NCBI RefSeq assembly: GCF_001194135.2
Contig: NC_068986.1
Coordinates: forward strand, 31,191,456 to 31,255,455
Origin: Octopus bimaculoides
Taxonomy: Eukaryota
DNA: 64,000 nt
Direction: 5' to 3'
In this document: positions 27,194 to 39,100 of the stretch, piece after piece
Position numbering within the stretch: position 1 is the first letter of the stretch
Layout of the letters: the number at the start of each line of letters is the position of its first letter
The notes under the pieces: generated by a model
The model's input: the letters and a program-made list of their open reading frames with translations, nothing else
What the model was told of the DNA's origin: nothing
Databases searched by the model: none
Program-made: the position numbers and the translations under genes

Positions 27194-30100
27194 NNNNNNN
27201 NNNNNNNNNNNNNNNNNNNNNNNNNNNNNNNNNNNNNNNNNNNNNNNNNNNNNNNNNNNNNNNNNNNNNNNNNNNNNNNNNNNNNNNNNNNNNNNNNNNN
27301 NNNNNNNNNNNNNNNNNNNNNNNNNNNNNNNNNNNNNNNNNNNNNNNNNNNNNNNNNNNNNNNNNNNNNNNNNNNNNNNNNNNNNNNNNNNNNNNNNNNN
27401 NNNNNNNNNNNNNNNNNNNNNNNNNNNNNNNNNNNNNNNNNNNNNNNNNNNNNNNNNNNNNNNNNNNNNNNNNNNNNNNNNNNNNNNNNNNNNNNNNNNN
27501 NNNNNNNNNNNNNNNNNNNNNNNNNNNNNNNNNNNNNNNNNNNNNNNNNNNNNNNNNNNNNNNNNNNNNNNNNNNNNNNNNNNNNNNNNNNNNNNNNNNN
27601 NNNNNNNNNNNNNNNNNNNNNNNNNNNNNNNNNNNNNNNNNNNNNNNNNNNNNNNNNNNNNNNNNNNNNNNNNNNNNNNNNNNNNNNNNNNNNNNNNNNN
27701 NNNNNNNNNNNNNNNNNNNNNNNNNNNNNNNNNNNNNNNNNNNNNNNNNNNNNNNNNNNNNNNNNNNNNNNNNNNNNNNNNNNNNNNNNNNNNNNNNNNN
27801 NNNNNNNNNNNNNNNNNNNNNNNNNNNNNNNNNNNNNNNNNNNNNNNNNNNNNNNNNNNNNNNNNNNNNNNNNNNNNNNNNNNNNNNNNNNNNNNNNNNN
27901 NNNNNNNNNNNNNNNNNNNNNNNNNNNNNNNNNNNNNNNNNNNNNNNNNNNNNNNNNNNNNNNNNNNNNNNNNNNNNNNNNNNNNNNNNNNNNNNNNNNN
28001 NNNNNNNNNNNNNNNNNNNNNNNNNNNNNNNNNNNNNNNNNNNNNNNNNNNNNNNNNNNNNNNNNNNNNNNNNNNNNNNNNNNNNNNNCACTCTCTGAGT
28101 GGTTGGCGTTAGGAAGGGCATCCAGCTGTAGAAACTCTGCCAAATTAGATTGGAGCCTGGTGTTGCCATCCGGTTTCACCAGTCCTCAGTCAAATCGTCC
28201 AACCCATGCTAGCATGGAAAGCGGACGTTAAACGATGATGATGATGATATATCCGATGGGCTTCTTTCAGTTTCCGTCTACCAAATCCACTCACAAGGCT
28301 TTGGTTGGCCCGAGGCAATAGTAGAAGACACTTGCCCAAGGTGCCACACAGTGGGACTGAACCTGGAACCATGTGGTTAGTAAGCAAGCTACTTACCACA
28401 CAGCCACTCCTGCGCCTATATGTTGACAAACCCTTACAAACAAGCTGTTTTCTAGCTCTGAGCTTTTGAAGTGATGTGAAATAAGAAAATCTCTTTCTTG
28501 AAAAACAGATAAAGGTTAGCAACAAGAGGGGCATCCAGTTGCAAGTATTCATCCAACCTAATGTTAGAATTGGAAAATGGGCATAAAACAAATGAACATG
28601 TTTGTGTGTGTGTGTGAGAGAGAGAGAGATGGGGTATGTATATGGATACTTATAAGATTTCAATGTGTTTTTATTATAGGTACCTTCATGAAATGCTCTA
28701 TGCTTGGATGGTATCTACCCTGGTCAGAGCTGATAGTTTTTTGCTGGAACATGAAGCACAAAATGGTAAGTAGTGGGTACAGTTATTTGATTCGCGGTTG
28801 AGTTGCAAAGACTCATGAATGCTTGAGTGGCGAATAATTTATATCTCTTATAGTTCTGAACAGTGTGGGGGCCTCTATGTGGTCATTTCAACTACTAGAA
28901 ATATGAGCCAAATCTCTCACAGATTAGGCCCAACTAAATAAAAATAAGGTCACATTGGATAATATAGTCCTAAATATACTTTGCCTGAATGACTTTGATT
29001 ACACTCTTTACTCTTTACTCTTTTACTTGTTTCAGTCATTTGACTGCGGCGATGCTGGAGCACCGCCTTTAGTCGAGCAAATCGATCCCAGGACTTATTC
29101 TTTGGAAGCCTAGTACTTATTCTATCAGTCTCTTTTGCCGAACCGCTAAGTTACGGGGACGTAAACACACCACCATCGGTTGTCAAGCGATACTGGGGGG
29201 GGGGGGACAAACATATACACACACATACACATATATATTCATATATACGACTGGCTTCTTTCAGTTTCGGTCTACCAAATCCACTCACAAGGCGTTGGTC
29301 GGCCCGAGGCTATAGTAGAAGACACTTGCCCAAAGTGCCATGCAGTGGGAATGAACCTGGAACCATGTGGTTGGTAAGCAAGCTGCTTACCACACAGCCA
29401 CTCCTGTGCCACACTGTGTAACAAAATTTAAATTTTTATTTGTCTTTCATCAGTAAATATTATTTCCTGTTTGCTTCTATCTAGAAATGATTACTATTCC
29501 CTTCAAACTTTGCTTTTGTGACCTGGACATCAATGTTTTGAAACTGACCTATTTTCCATTACATCTCAGACAGATTTAGCACTGAGTTGCTGAAGCAGAA
29601 ATATTGTTATAGTAGCTATTCTGATCAGTACCACAGATTTGCTTGTCAGTTGCTTGACCGTAACTACTTGAGCATGTCCCTTAAAAACTGACAATATGTG
29701 CATCTCTGATGATGAGCAGGAGTAGTTGGGGAGCATCATAGCCATGTGTTGAGAGGGATTCTTTGGGGTTTGAATAAATGTAACAAAAGCAAAGTTTGAA
29801 GGAAATATTAGCCTTTTTTCATACTTTCTAATGGAAAGCAAATAGGAAACAACAATTGTTACTCAAGGACAAGAATTGTGTTACACAATGTTAACATAGA
29901 TCTGTTCCATCAAGGCTGACTTGGCTAAACAATAATATTTAAATGTAGTATTTTATATTTTGTATGGAAGGGTATATGTTTTAGTAATTGCATAAATAAA
30001 TTTTAAAAAAACATTTATAGAGTTTGTCAGAAATAGAAATACTAAACTGCTGTAGCATTTGGGTGTGGTGTTTACTTACATTCCTTTATGTTCTGTGTTC

Positions 30101-33100
30101 ACATCTCACCAAAGTTGACTTTACCTTTCAGCTTTTGAGAGTTAATGAAATAAGTACTAGTTATTATTTTTTTTTTTTTATCTTTTAGTGAGGAGGTAAG
30201 GCAGGGCCCTTTGCATGGCATCTGAGACTGGTGAGAAGAAATTATTCTCAAACTGGAGACCTGGCCCAAATGCTTGCAACATTTATGTCTATACACTCAC
30301 CAGGCCTTGCTCCTGCACCCAATCTGTCCAAGCTTTCATCTTCCTAATGCCCATCCCTCTATCACTCTTCTAACTACGGCACTATTCAACTGCTGTAATC
30401 GTATGACAACAGAATCTGCACATATTTTTATCTACTAGTTATTTCTCCCCTATTCTTTATCCATCCCCCATTCTCCACATCTTTCCTTTCTACTGTTCAC
30501 CCTTTTCTGTGCCAAAAATTATCTCTTCACCTCTCTTCTGAGCTACATCTTGGGGCTGTCATATCTCATCTTTAACACCCTCTCATATCTGCTATCACCC
30601 TCAATACCCTCTCATATCTGTGATCAATTCTCCCCGCCCCATCCTGTGCCACACACACTGCAGCCACCACTATATACTTCTGATCTCTATCTCTGTCCTT
30701 GTACACCCCTCCCCCTCGCTATCCCACCCTACACTTCCTCTCTGTATATTCTGAATGACTTACAGATTTATTAAATTGCTACTCTCCCCCCTTCCTTTAC
30801 TGGTACTTACCATTTCCTCCTTCCTCAGCTATTTCTTTGACCTTCTCCTTCCCCTCACTCATATTTACCATTGACCATACCACAACTCTTGCACATCATA
30901 TAATCTCTAACCAACTGTCACTATCTGCCCACACTGTTATGAATCTATCCACCTACCCTTCCTGATCCTTGGTCTGTATTCTCTCTTATACTCACCTTTT
31001 ATTCCCACTTCTACCCACTCCTACATAATGTGGGGTAGCTATGTACCTCTTCTATAGCAAGACATTTGTATCTGCTTCTCTATCATACTGTAGCTTCTCA
31101 ATGTCTGGCATAAAGCCACCCCCTCCCTCTACTACCGCCTTGGAGTTTCACTTTTCTTTGTCTTGCAAGCTACTTGGTGACCTCACTAGTGCCAATGTCA
31201 TGAAAAAGAAAAAACATCCAGTACACTGGGTGCTTTATGTTAAGTGGTAGGCATTAGGAAGGGCATCCAGCCATGGAAACCCTGTCCAAGCAGACTTTGG
31301 AGCTTGATGTAGTGCCCTGGCTCTTGGATCCTATCAAACTCTCCACCCTATGCCAGCATGGAATAAAAAACAGATATTAAATTATGATGATGATGGTGAT
31401 AATGGTGTATGTATGTATCTGCCTGTCTATATCTCTCTCACTCCCACCATCATCATCATCGTTTTAATGTTCACTTTTCCATGCTTGTCTGGGTTGGCCA
31501 GAGTTTATTGAAGAGTTTCTACAGCTGGATGCCCTTCCTAATGCCAACTACTCCGAGAGTGTAGTGGGTGATTTTTACGTGCCACCGGCACGAGGGCCAG
31601 TCCGGTGGTACTGGCAACGGCCACGCTCAAATGGTGTTTTTTACGTGGCACCTGCACAGGAGTCAGTCCAATGTTTTGTTCACATGCCACCGGCACAAGT
31701 GCCAGTAAGGTGAAGCTGGAAATGATTGTGCTCAAATGGTGCATTTTACGTGCCACTGGCACGAGAGCGAGACCGCTTCTCTGCCAGTGATCCCGCTTGG
31801 ATGGTCCTGTTANNNNNNNNNNNNNNNNNNNNNNNNNNNNNNNNNNNNNNNNNNNNNNNNNNNNNNNNNNNNNNNNNNNNNNNNNNNNNNNNNNNNNNNN
31901 NNNNNNNNNNNNNNNNNNNNNNNNNNNNNNNNNNNNNNNNNNNNNNNNNNNNNNNNNNNNNNNNNNNNNNNNNNNNNNNNNNNNNNNNNNNNNNNNNNNN
32001 NNNNNNNNNNNNNNNNNNNNNNNNNNNNNNNNNNNNNNNNNNNNNNNNNNNNNNNNNNNNNNNNNNNNNNNNNNNNNNNNNNNNNNNNNNNNNNNNNNNN
32101 NNNNNNNNNNNNNNNNNNNNNNNNNNNNNNNNNNNNNNNNNNNNNNNNNNNNNNNNNNNNNNNNNNNNNNNNNNNNNNNNNNNNNNNNNNNNNNNNNNNN
32201 NNNNNNNNNNNNNNNNNNNNNNNNNNNNNNNNNNNNNNNNNNNNNNNNNNNNNNNNNNNNNNNNNNNNNNNNNNNNNNNNNNNNNNNNNNNNNNNNNNNN
32301 NNNNNNNNNNNNNNNNNNNNNNNNNNNNNNNNNNNNNNNNNNNNNNNNNNNNNNNNNNNNNNNNNNNNNNNNNNNNNNNNNNNNNNNNNNNNNNNNNNNN
32401 NNNNNNNNNNNNNNNNNNNNNNNNNNNNNNNNNNNNNNNNNNNNNNNNNNNNNNNNNNNNNNNNNNNNNNNNNNNNNNNNNNNNNNNNNNNNNNNNNNNN
32501 NNNNNNNNNNNNNNNNNNNNNNNNNNNNNNNNNNNNNNNNNNNNNNNNNNNNNNNNNNNNNNNNNNNNNNNNNNNNNNNNNNNNNNNNNNNNNNNNNNNN
32601 NNNNNNNNNNNNNNNNNNNNNNNNNNNNNNNNNNNNNNNNNNNNNNNNNNNNNNNNNNNNNNNNNNNNNNNNNNNNNNNNNNNNNNTATACATATATACA
32701 TACACACATAAAAAATATGTATATATATGTGTGTGTGTATATATGTATACATACATACATACATACATACACACACACATATATCAACATCTAACGGCTG
32801 TTTTCCATGCTGGCATGGGTTGGATGGTTTGACAGGAGCTAGCTAGGCTGAGGACTCCACCAGGTTTCACTGTCTGTTTTGGTGTGGCTTTTGCGTGGCA
32901 CCATCACTGGTTGGGGTGGGGGCACTGTAGAAGGTGGCCTTGTATCAGGTGACGAAAGGTAAGGGTATGACAGAGTGGCAGAAACAGGTGTCTTGCTATA
33001 GAAGAGATACATGGTTACCCAGTCAGAGGGAAAGAGAGAGAGAGAGTATGAGTGAGAATGCAGGAGAGAGAAGGGTGAGAGAGAGAGCAATAGAGAGATG

Positions 33101-36100
33101 GTGGCGAAGTGCCAGGGCATACCCTCAGGGGATGGGGGGATCAGGATATAAATGGGATGATAGAGTATTGCCAAGGGTGCATGAGTAGGGAGTAGGGACA
33201 TCACATGAATGCAGAGTGCGAGGGTGGGGTGGGGTGGGGTGGATTTAGGGAGGAATGCAGTGACTGGTGAAACCTGGGTATATAGAAGAGGTGGGGGGAC
33301 AACAGGAGAGCAATGATACAGTGAGCAGGGTAGTAAGNNNNNNNNNNNNNNNNNNNNNNNNNNNNNNNNNNNNNNNNNNNNNNNNNNNNNNNNNNNNNNN
33401 NNNNNNNNNNNNNNNNNNNNNNNNNNNNNNNNNNNNNNNNNNNNNNNNNNNNNNNNNNNNNNNNNNNNNNNNNNNNNNNNNNNNNNNNNNNNNNNNNNNN
33501 NNNNNNNNNNNNNNNNNNNNNNNNNNNNNNNNNNNNNNNNNNNNNNNNNNNNNNNNNNNNNNNNNNNNNNNNNNNNNNNNNNNNNNNNNNNNNNNNNNNN
33601 NNNNNNNNNNNNNNNNNNNNNNNNNNNNNNNNNNNNNNNNNNNNNNNNNNNNNNNNNNNNNNNNNNNNNNNNNNNNNNNNNNNNNNNNNNNNNNNNNNNN
33701 NNNNNNNNNNNNNNNNNNNNNNNNNNNNNNNNNNNNNNNNNNNNNNNNNNNNNNNNNNNNNNNNNNNNNNNNNNNNNNNNNNNNNNNNNNNNNNNNNNNN
33801 NNNNNNNNNNNNNNNNNNNNNNNNNNNNNNNNNNNNNNNNNNNNNNNNNNNNNCACACACACAAAAACACGCATAAACACACACACACACACACACACGC
33901 ACGGTTTAACATGTTTTTAAATGTAACTATGTCTTTGTTGTTCACTCCTAGTTCAACATATAGCAAGTAATTTAATTACATTGGCGATAATATCCTTTTA
34001 AACAATGTAAGACTTATAAAACTATTTTCCAGCTATAACATTAGTTAAGATATTTCTTTTGTGAAGGGTGAGGGTTAAAGTAACTGCAATAAAGACTGTT
34101 ATTTGTCATTTTTAAGAGAGAGAGAGAGAGAGAGAGTGAGCTAACGTATGTTAGGTCAACAGTATAGTAAGCGTTCAAATTACTTTAACATGTTGACAAG
34201 TAACGAGCCAGTAATCTTCAGCATCTCATGCTTTTACACATCTGTTACAAATTACATCATATCCATGTGTATCATTGTAAATTTCATGACACACCTTCTA
34301 TAACCTCTCAATCCTTGTTGGCTAAGATTGCACTCAAGGAACTAAAATTCTGTTTAGTTTTCAGGAAGAACCAAGCGGAGCAAGATTGTCTGTGATTCTT
34401 CTGACATTAATTTTGAAGTAGACTTCTGAAATTAATATCAAGTAGTGGTAAGGACGGTGAACTGGCAGAATTGTTAGCACACCTGGCAAAATGCTTAGTA
34501 GCATTCCATCTGTTCTGAGTTCAATTTCTGCTGAGGTTGACTTTGCCTTTCGAGATGGATAAAATAAGTTTCAGTTGAATACTGGGGTCTATCCTTTTGA
34601 CTTAACCTCTCTCCTGGACTTGGTGGCCTTGTGCCAAAATTTGAAGCCAATATTAACTAGGTCTTTACATTCAGAGTTCAAAAACTGCTGAGGTCGACTT
34701 TGGCTTTCATCCTTATAGGCTTGATAAAGTAAGTTCCAGTTGAGTACTGGTGTCAATGCAATCACCTTAACCCCTTCCCCAAAATTGCTGGCCTTGTGTC
34801 AAAATTTGAAACCAGAATTAAGTAGTGGTGGATATGCAGAATTATTGGAGTATTGGGCAGAATGTCTAACAGCATTCAATTAGAGTTCTTTATAGTCTCA
34901 GTTCTAATTAGTCAGTTTTGCTTTACATTCTTCAAGCTTCAATAAAGTAAAGTACCAATGAAGAACATCAGTCAATTTATGTAATTATATATCTTCGCCC
35001 CCCCACCCCAGCTTGAGGCTTTGGGCCAAGTTTATTTGGAAGTAAACTGGGACAATTCTCCACCGTTTTTATATCTGGTTTACCATGCTGGCATGAGTTG
35101 GCTGGATCTTAGTTAGACTCTGTTTACCTGCTTCTTACAAGCTGCATGGATATAAAGTACCTGTTCTAAAAACTGGGACACACACAGTAGCTTGTCAGTA
35201 TGTAATAAAGTAAAACATACTTTTATATGATCGGCAGTTGTTACTATGATTTGAGGTAGGCTGTAGCCTTTGTTGGTAGCTATGACACAGCAGAATTATC
35301 TTTATAGGCTAACAATGACATAAAACATATTGTGCATGCACACAGACCCCTTCTTTTGTATATAATATTGTTGTTAAGAGACAATGGAGTAGCATACAAG
35401 GCAGTGTATTCAACTAAATGTTTAGCAGTAGTTTCATGCCTTGTAAAAAGCACTTACTACATTCTGTAAAGTGGTTGGCATTAGGAAGAGAATCTGGATG
35501 TAGAAACCATGCCAAAGCTGGCCCATTGGCCTTTGTTAAACTATCCAACCCATGTGAGATGGAAAACAGGTGTTAAATGATGATCCTTGCATCTCGTTTG
35601 AATTAATTTCAACTTACATCCCTCTTGGATCAATAAAATAAATGCTAGGCAGGGCGTTTGTTGATTCAGTTGTCTATATCAGGAGTTTTCAAACTGTGGT
35701 CCGCAGACCACAGGGGATCCGCAAGGACAAGACGGGGTCCGTGGACAGCAAATACTTTTTATGGGCAATTTGATTTTATATATGGTTTTTAATCGAAATC
35801 TTTTAATTGACAATAAACCTATTTGTTAAATACTGTTAAATAAATAAATGTAAAAATATATGTTATTTTAAGCAAATATTTATGTATAAATTTCATAAGC
35901 GTTTATAAGGGGGTCCCTAAGGTAAAGCCTGAAATATAAAGGGGTCTGCAAGTCAAAAAGTTTGAAAACCCCTGGTGTATATCTTTCATCTTCAAATTTG
36001 TGATCGTATCAATCCTTCTTTCTTCTGTAGGTTGACCCTTTAGAATTCCCTCCTTGTTCATGCCTTCCTGCAGGTGTTAACTGCAGGGCCATTGATGGAA

Positions 36101-39100
36101 TCAGTCTGACTGGTCTAAGAGGGCTTGCAGAGGCCATGAACCCTGCTACTTTCTCTGGACCCAACAAGTAAAAATTAAAAAAAAAAATTTTCTTTTGTCT
36201 CTTGCTTTACTCAAAACCTAATTTTATTGTGTCCCATTTCCTCAGGCTTTGATGGGTTTTCAGTTGGATGGTCGGATGAAGAAATCAAAATTTGAATTTG
36301 ATAATGAAGAGATCCGTTATTCACATCGATTTGCACCATTTGTACACTTCGTTACTCCCCCTATGGTACACTATTCACGTTACAAGGTAAGATTATGGCT
36401 TCTTTTTTGTGGGGTTTTGTCATTATACACGCTTTATATTATAACTTGCTTCAATATGCCCTGCTGGCAATAGATTTTACTGTTGCCTCATGGTGGAGTT
36501 GTTTGTCATAAAAAGGGCCGTCATTTCTATAAGTTCTTTTGAATTTATATTTTGTTCTCTTTGTTTTTACTGCATGTAAATTGTGAAAAAAAAATTAAAT
36601 GAGACTAAAAGAAACCCACAGATTTCTCTACACATTTTATTTAGCAGTCATGTCTATAAATTATTGACATATTGGTAGTAGTTAACCCTTTCGTTACTGT
36701 AATTATTTGTGTTTCTTTCAATTACTTTAAATTTAACAAAGAATTTAGTAAAATAACTGTTATCATTCAGCTAGTGTTAGGAACATAAATTATGACTAAG
36801 GTTTGGTGGAAGATTTTAATTCAAAATTTTATGAAAACAAGACATCTGTCCCCAGTGCCAGTTTCAGCTGGGTTGGTAACGAAAGGGTTAAAGGAGTACT
36901 TTTGCAGTAATACTTATTTAACTATGTCCCATTTTAAATGTTTCAGTGTTTTTTGACTGTTTATCATTTAGTTAAATTTTTGTTTACCTAATTTTTGTCA
37001 AATTTCTTTCTTCAACTTTGGAATTTTCCTCAGGAAATGAATGATTTATCAAAGTATAATTATGAACGAGCATCTACTGAAATGTATGGGTTAGCTTGTA
37101 AACAATTCCACCAGGCTAAGACCTTCTATGAGAATATACCCAATCCCAACGAGGAAGTGAGTTTTGTCTTTGAAATATTTTAAAAAAATGTTATTTATTT
37201 ATTTCAGTATGATTTCAATTCAACTAACTTAACCATTTCTTTTCTGAAACTTGATGTTCTATCCAGTTATAAGAAACCAGTGAATTTTATTTCAAAATTT
37301 GATCTTCATCTGTTTATATCATTAATGTTGTTTCATGTCTGCCTATCCATGGCATGAATTAGATTTTCTGAGACAGTGTTTTTTGGCCAGATGCTCTTAC
37401 CCTTTTAGTTGCCCCTCTCAATTGACATGCAGGGACACAGTGTACCTATTCTGAAACTGGAATACATGTAACAACATATTTCAGTGTATGTGTAAATTAC
37501 TAAAGTAACTTTTTTAATATAAAAAGATGTCCTTCTTGTCAACATATCTCACTTGCATCCAAAGCCAGACATGTTTTAACAGAATGTTAAAAACAATGGA
37601 CATTGCTTGTGTGTTGGTGATACACATTCATTTTACAACTCTTACACGATGTCAAGACAAGGTCTCTCACACACACACACACACACACACACCCATGAAT
37701 ATGTTTATCAAATCCACTCACAAAGCTTTGGTCAGGCTGGGGCTATTGTAGAAGACACTTGCCCAAGGTGCTATTGAGCAGGACTGAACCCGGTAACATA
37801 TGGTTGGGAAGTGAACTTCTTAACTAGCAACTTATTTAGAATGATATTTGTCTCTCTTCTGTTTTAATGCTTCACAGTCTGTCGATAGATGCTGGCATTT
37901 ATGAGCTTCTGCAATTCTTTGATTGTTTATTTGTGCTCACAGTACCCTCTACACAGTTACTCAACATGTTAAAAATACCAGCCAGATTTCTTCAAATATA
38001 GCTTAAAAAAAAAAGAAAGAAAAGATGAGGAGAGAACTTATTGAACAATATAATCCCTGATATATGACTGGAATGCTTTTATTCATAGATTTACTGAATT
38101 GGGGTGAACCTAGAGCTAAACAACAAAATATTTACAAACATTGCCCCATGAAATATTGGAATGGGCAGCAGTAACAGCTTCTGGCATGATATTTTTATTG
38201 ATATTCGGTACAGTGTATACTGTAATAACTTTCATTGTTTATATTGAGTCTGATTGTGTTTAGTACACTAACCTCCAGTTACATGTGAGACATTAAGTCC
38301 AATTTATGCCAGCATGGAAAAACAGGCGTAAAACGATGACGATAATGATGATGAATATTAACAGTATGTAAAATTAGAAGATGGTGGATGAATGATTGTG
38401 TGTGTGTGTGTATGTATATATGTATGCGTGTGTGTGTATGTTTGTATATATATAAATGTATATATAAGTGTGGGTGTATATATATATATATATATGCATT
38501 GAATTGGGTTTTTAACTAGTGTAAACATGGTGATAATCATCTAATATGTCTGCCCTGTTCTCCATTTTCATAACATACACTGCTGTTTTGCTTTTGTGAA
38601 ATTTAAACTTTTGACTTTCATTTTTAGTTCTTACTAGTTAAAAAGTAAAATAAAAAGGAATGTATTTAATGATTATTATTATTTTTTTTTTAAAATTTGT
38701 TTTTCCGTAATCCAAACATCATATAAGCTTACAGTATGGTGATGGCTGTTTGATTTCTGGTGCGTAAGTAAAGTGAATGAAATCTTAACAAATGATTACT
38801 GCCTGTCTTTTGATAAATTATTCCCAGAAGGAAAGATCACCATCATATTTGCAGGCAATCAAAGAAAGAGTTTAACATAAAGTTGTTTATGATATTGATT
38901 TCAAATTTTGGCACTCTGAAAGGCAAAGTCAACCTCAGTGGAATTTGAACACAGAACGTAAAGATGGATGAAATGCTTAGTGGCATTTCATCTGGTGTGC
39001 TAATGATTCTACCATCTCACTGCATTAATGTTGTTTATGATATTAACAGACAAAAATAAATGTATTTATAATAAAAAAAAGCAAAAAACTCCATGAGCCA

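Noticed and set aside
30189-30195. 7-nt AG..GT microexon candidate (ttttag|tgaggag|gtaagg)
   Set aside because: The acceptor derives from a SINE tail and the length does not restore the NAA35 phase.
27079-33966. Long ORFs containing X runs (also 22247-25837)
   Set aside because: Open only because N gaps contain no stop codons.
34365-34429. Candidate for the missing NAA35 exon (GRTKRSK.. after tttcag)
   Set aside because: Reaches a stop at 34427-34429 without a suitable donor, and has no similarity beyond a few basic residues.
36074-36170. Open frame [24 protein letters not shown].. just upstream of exon 36246
   Set aside because: No similarity to the expected missing NAA35 peptide, and the wrong phase at the only nearby GT.
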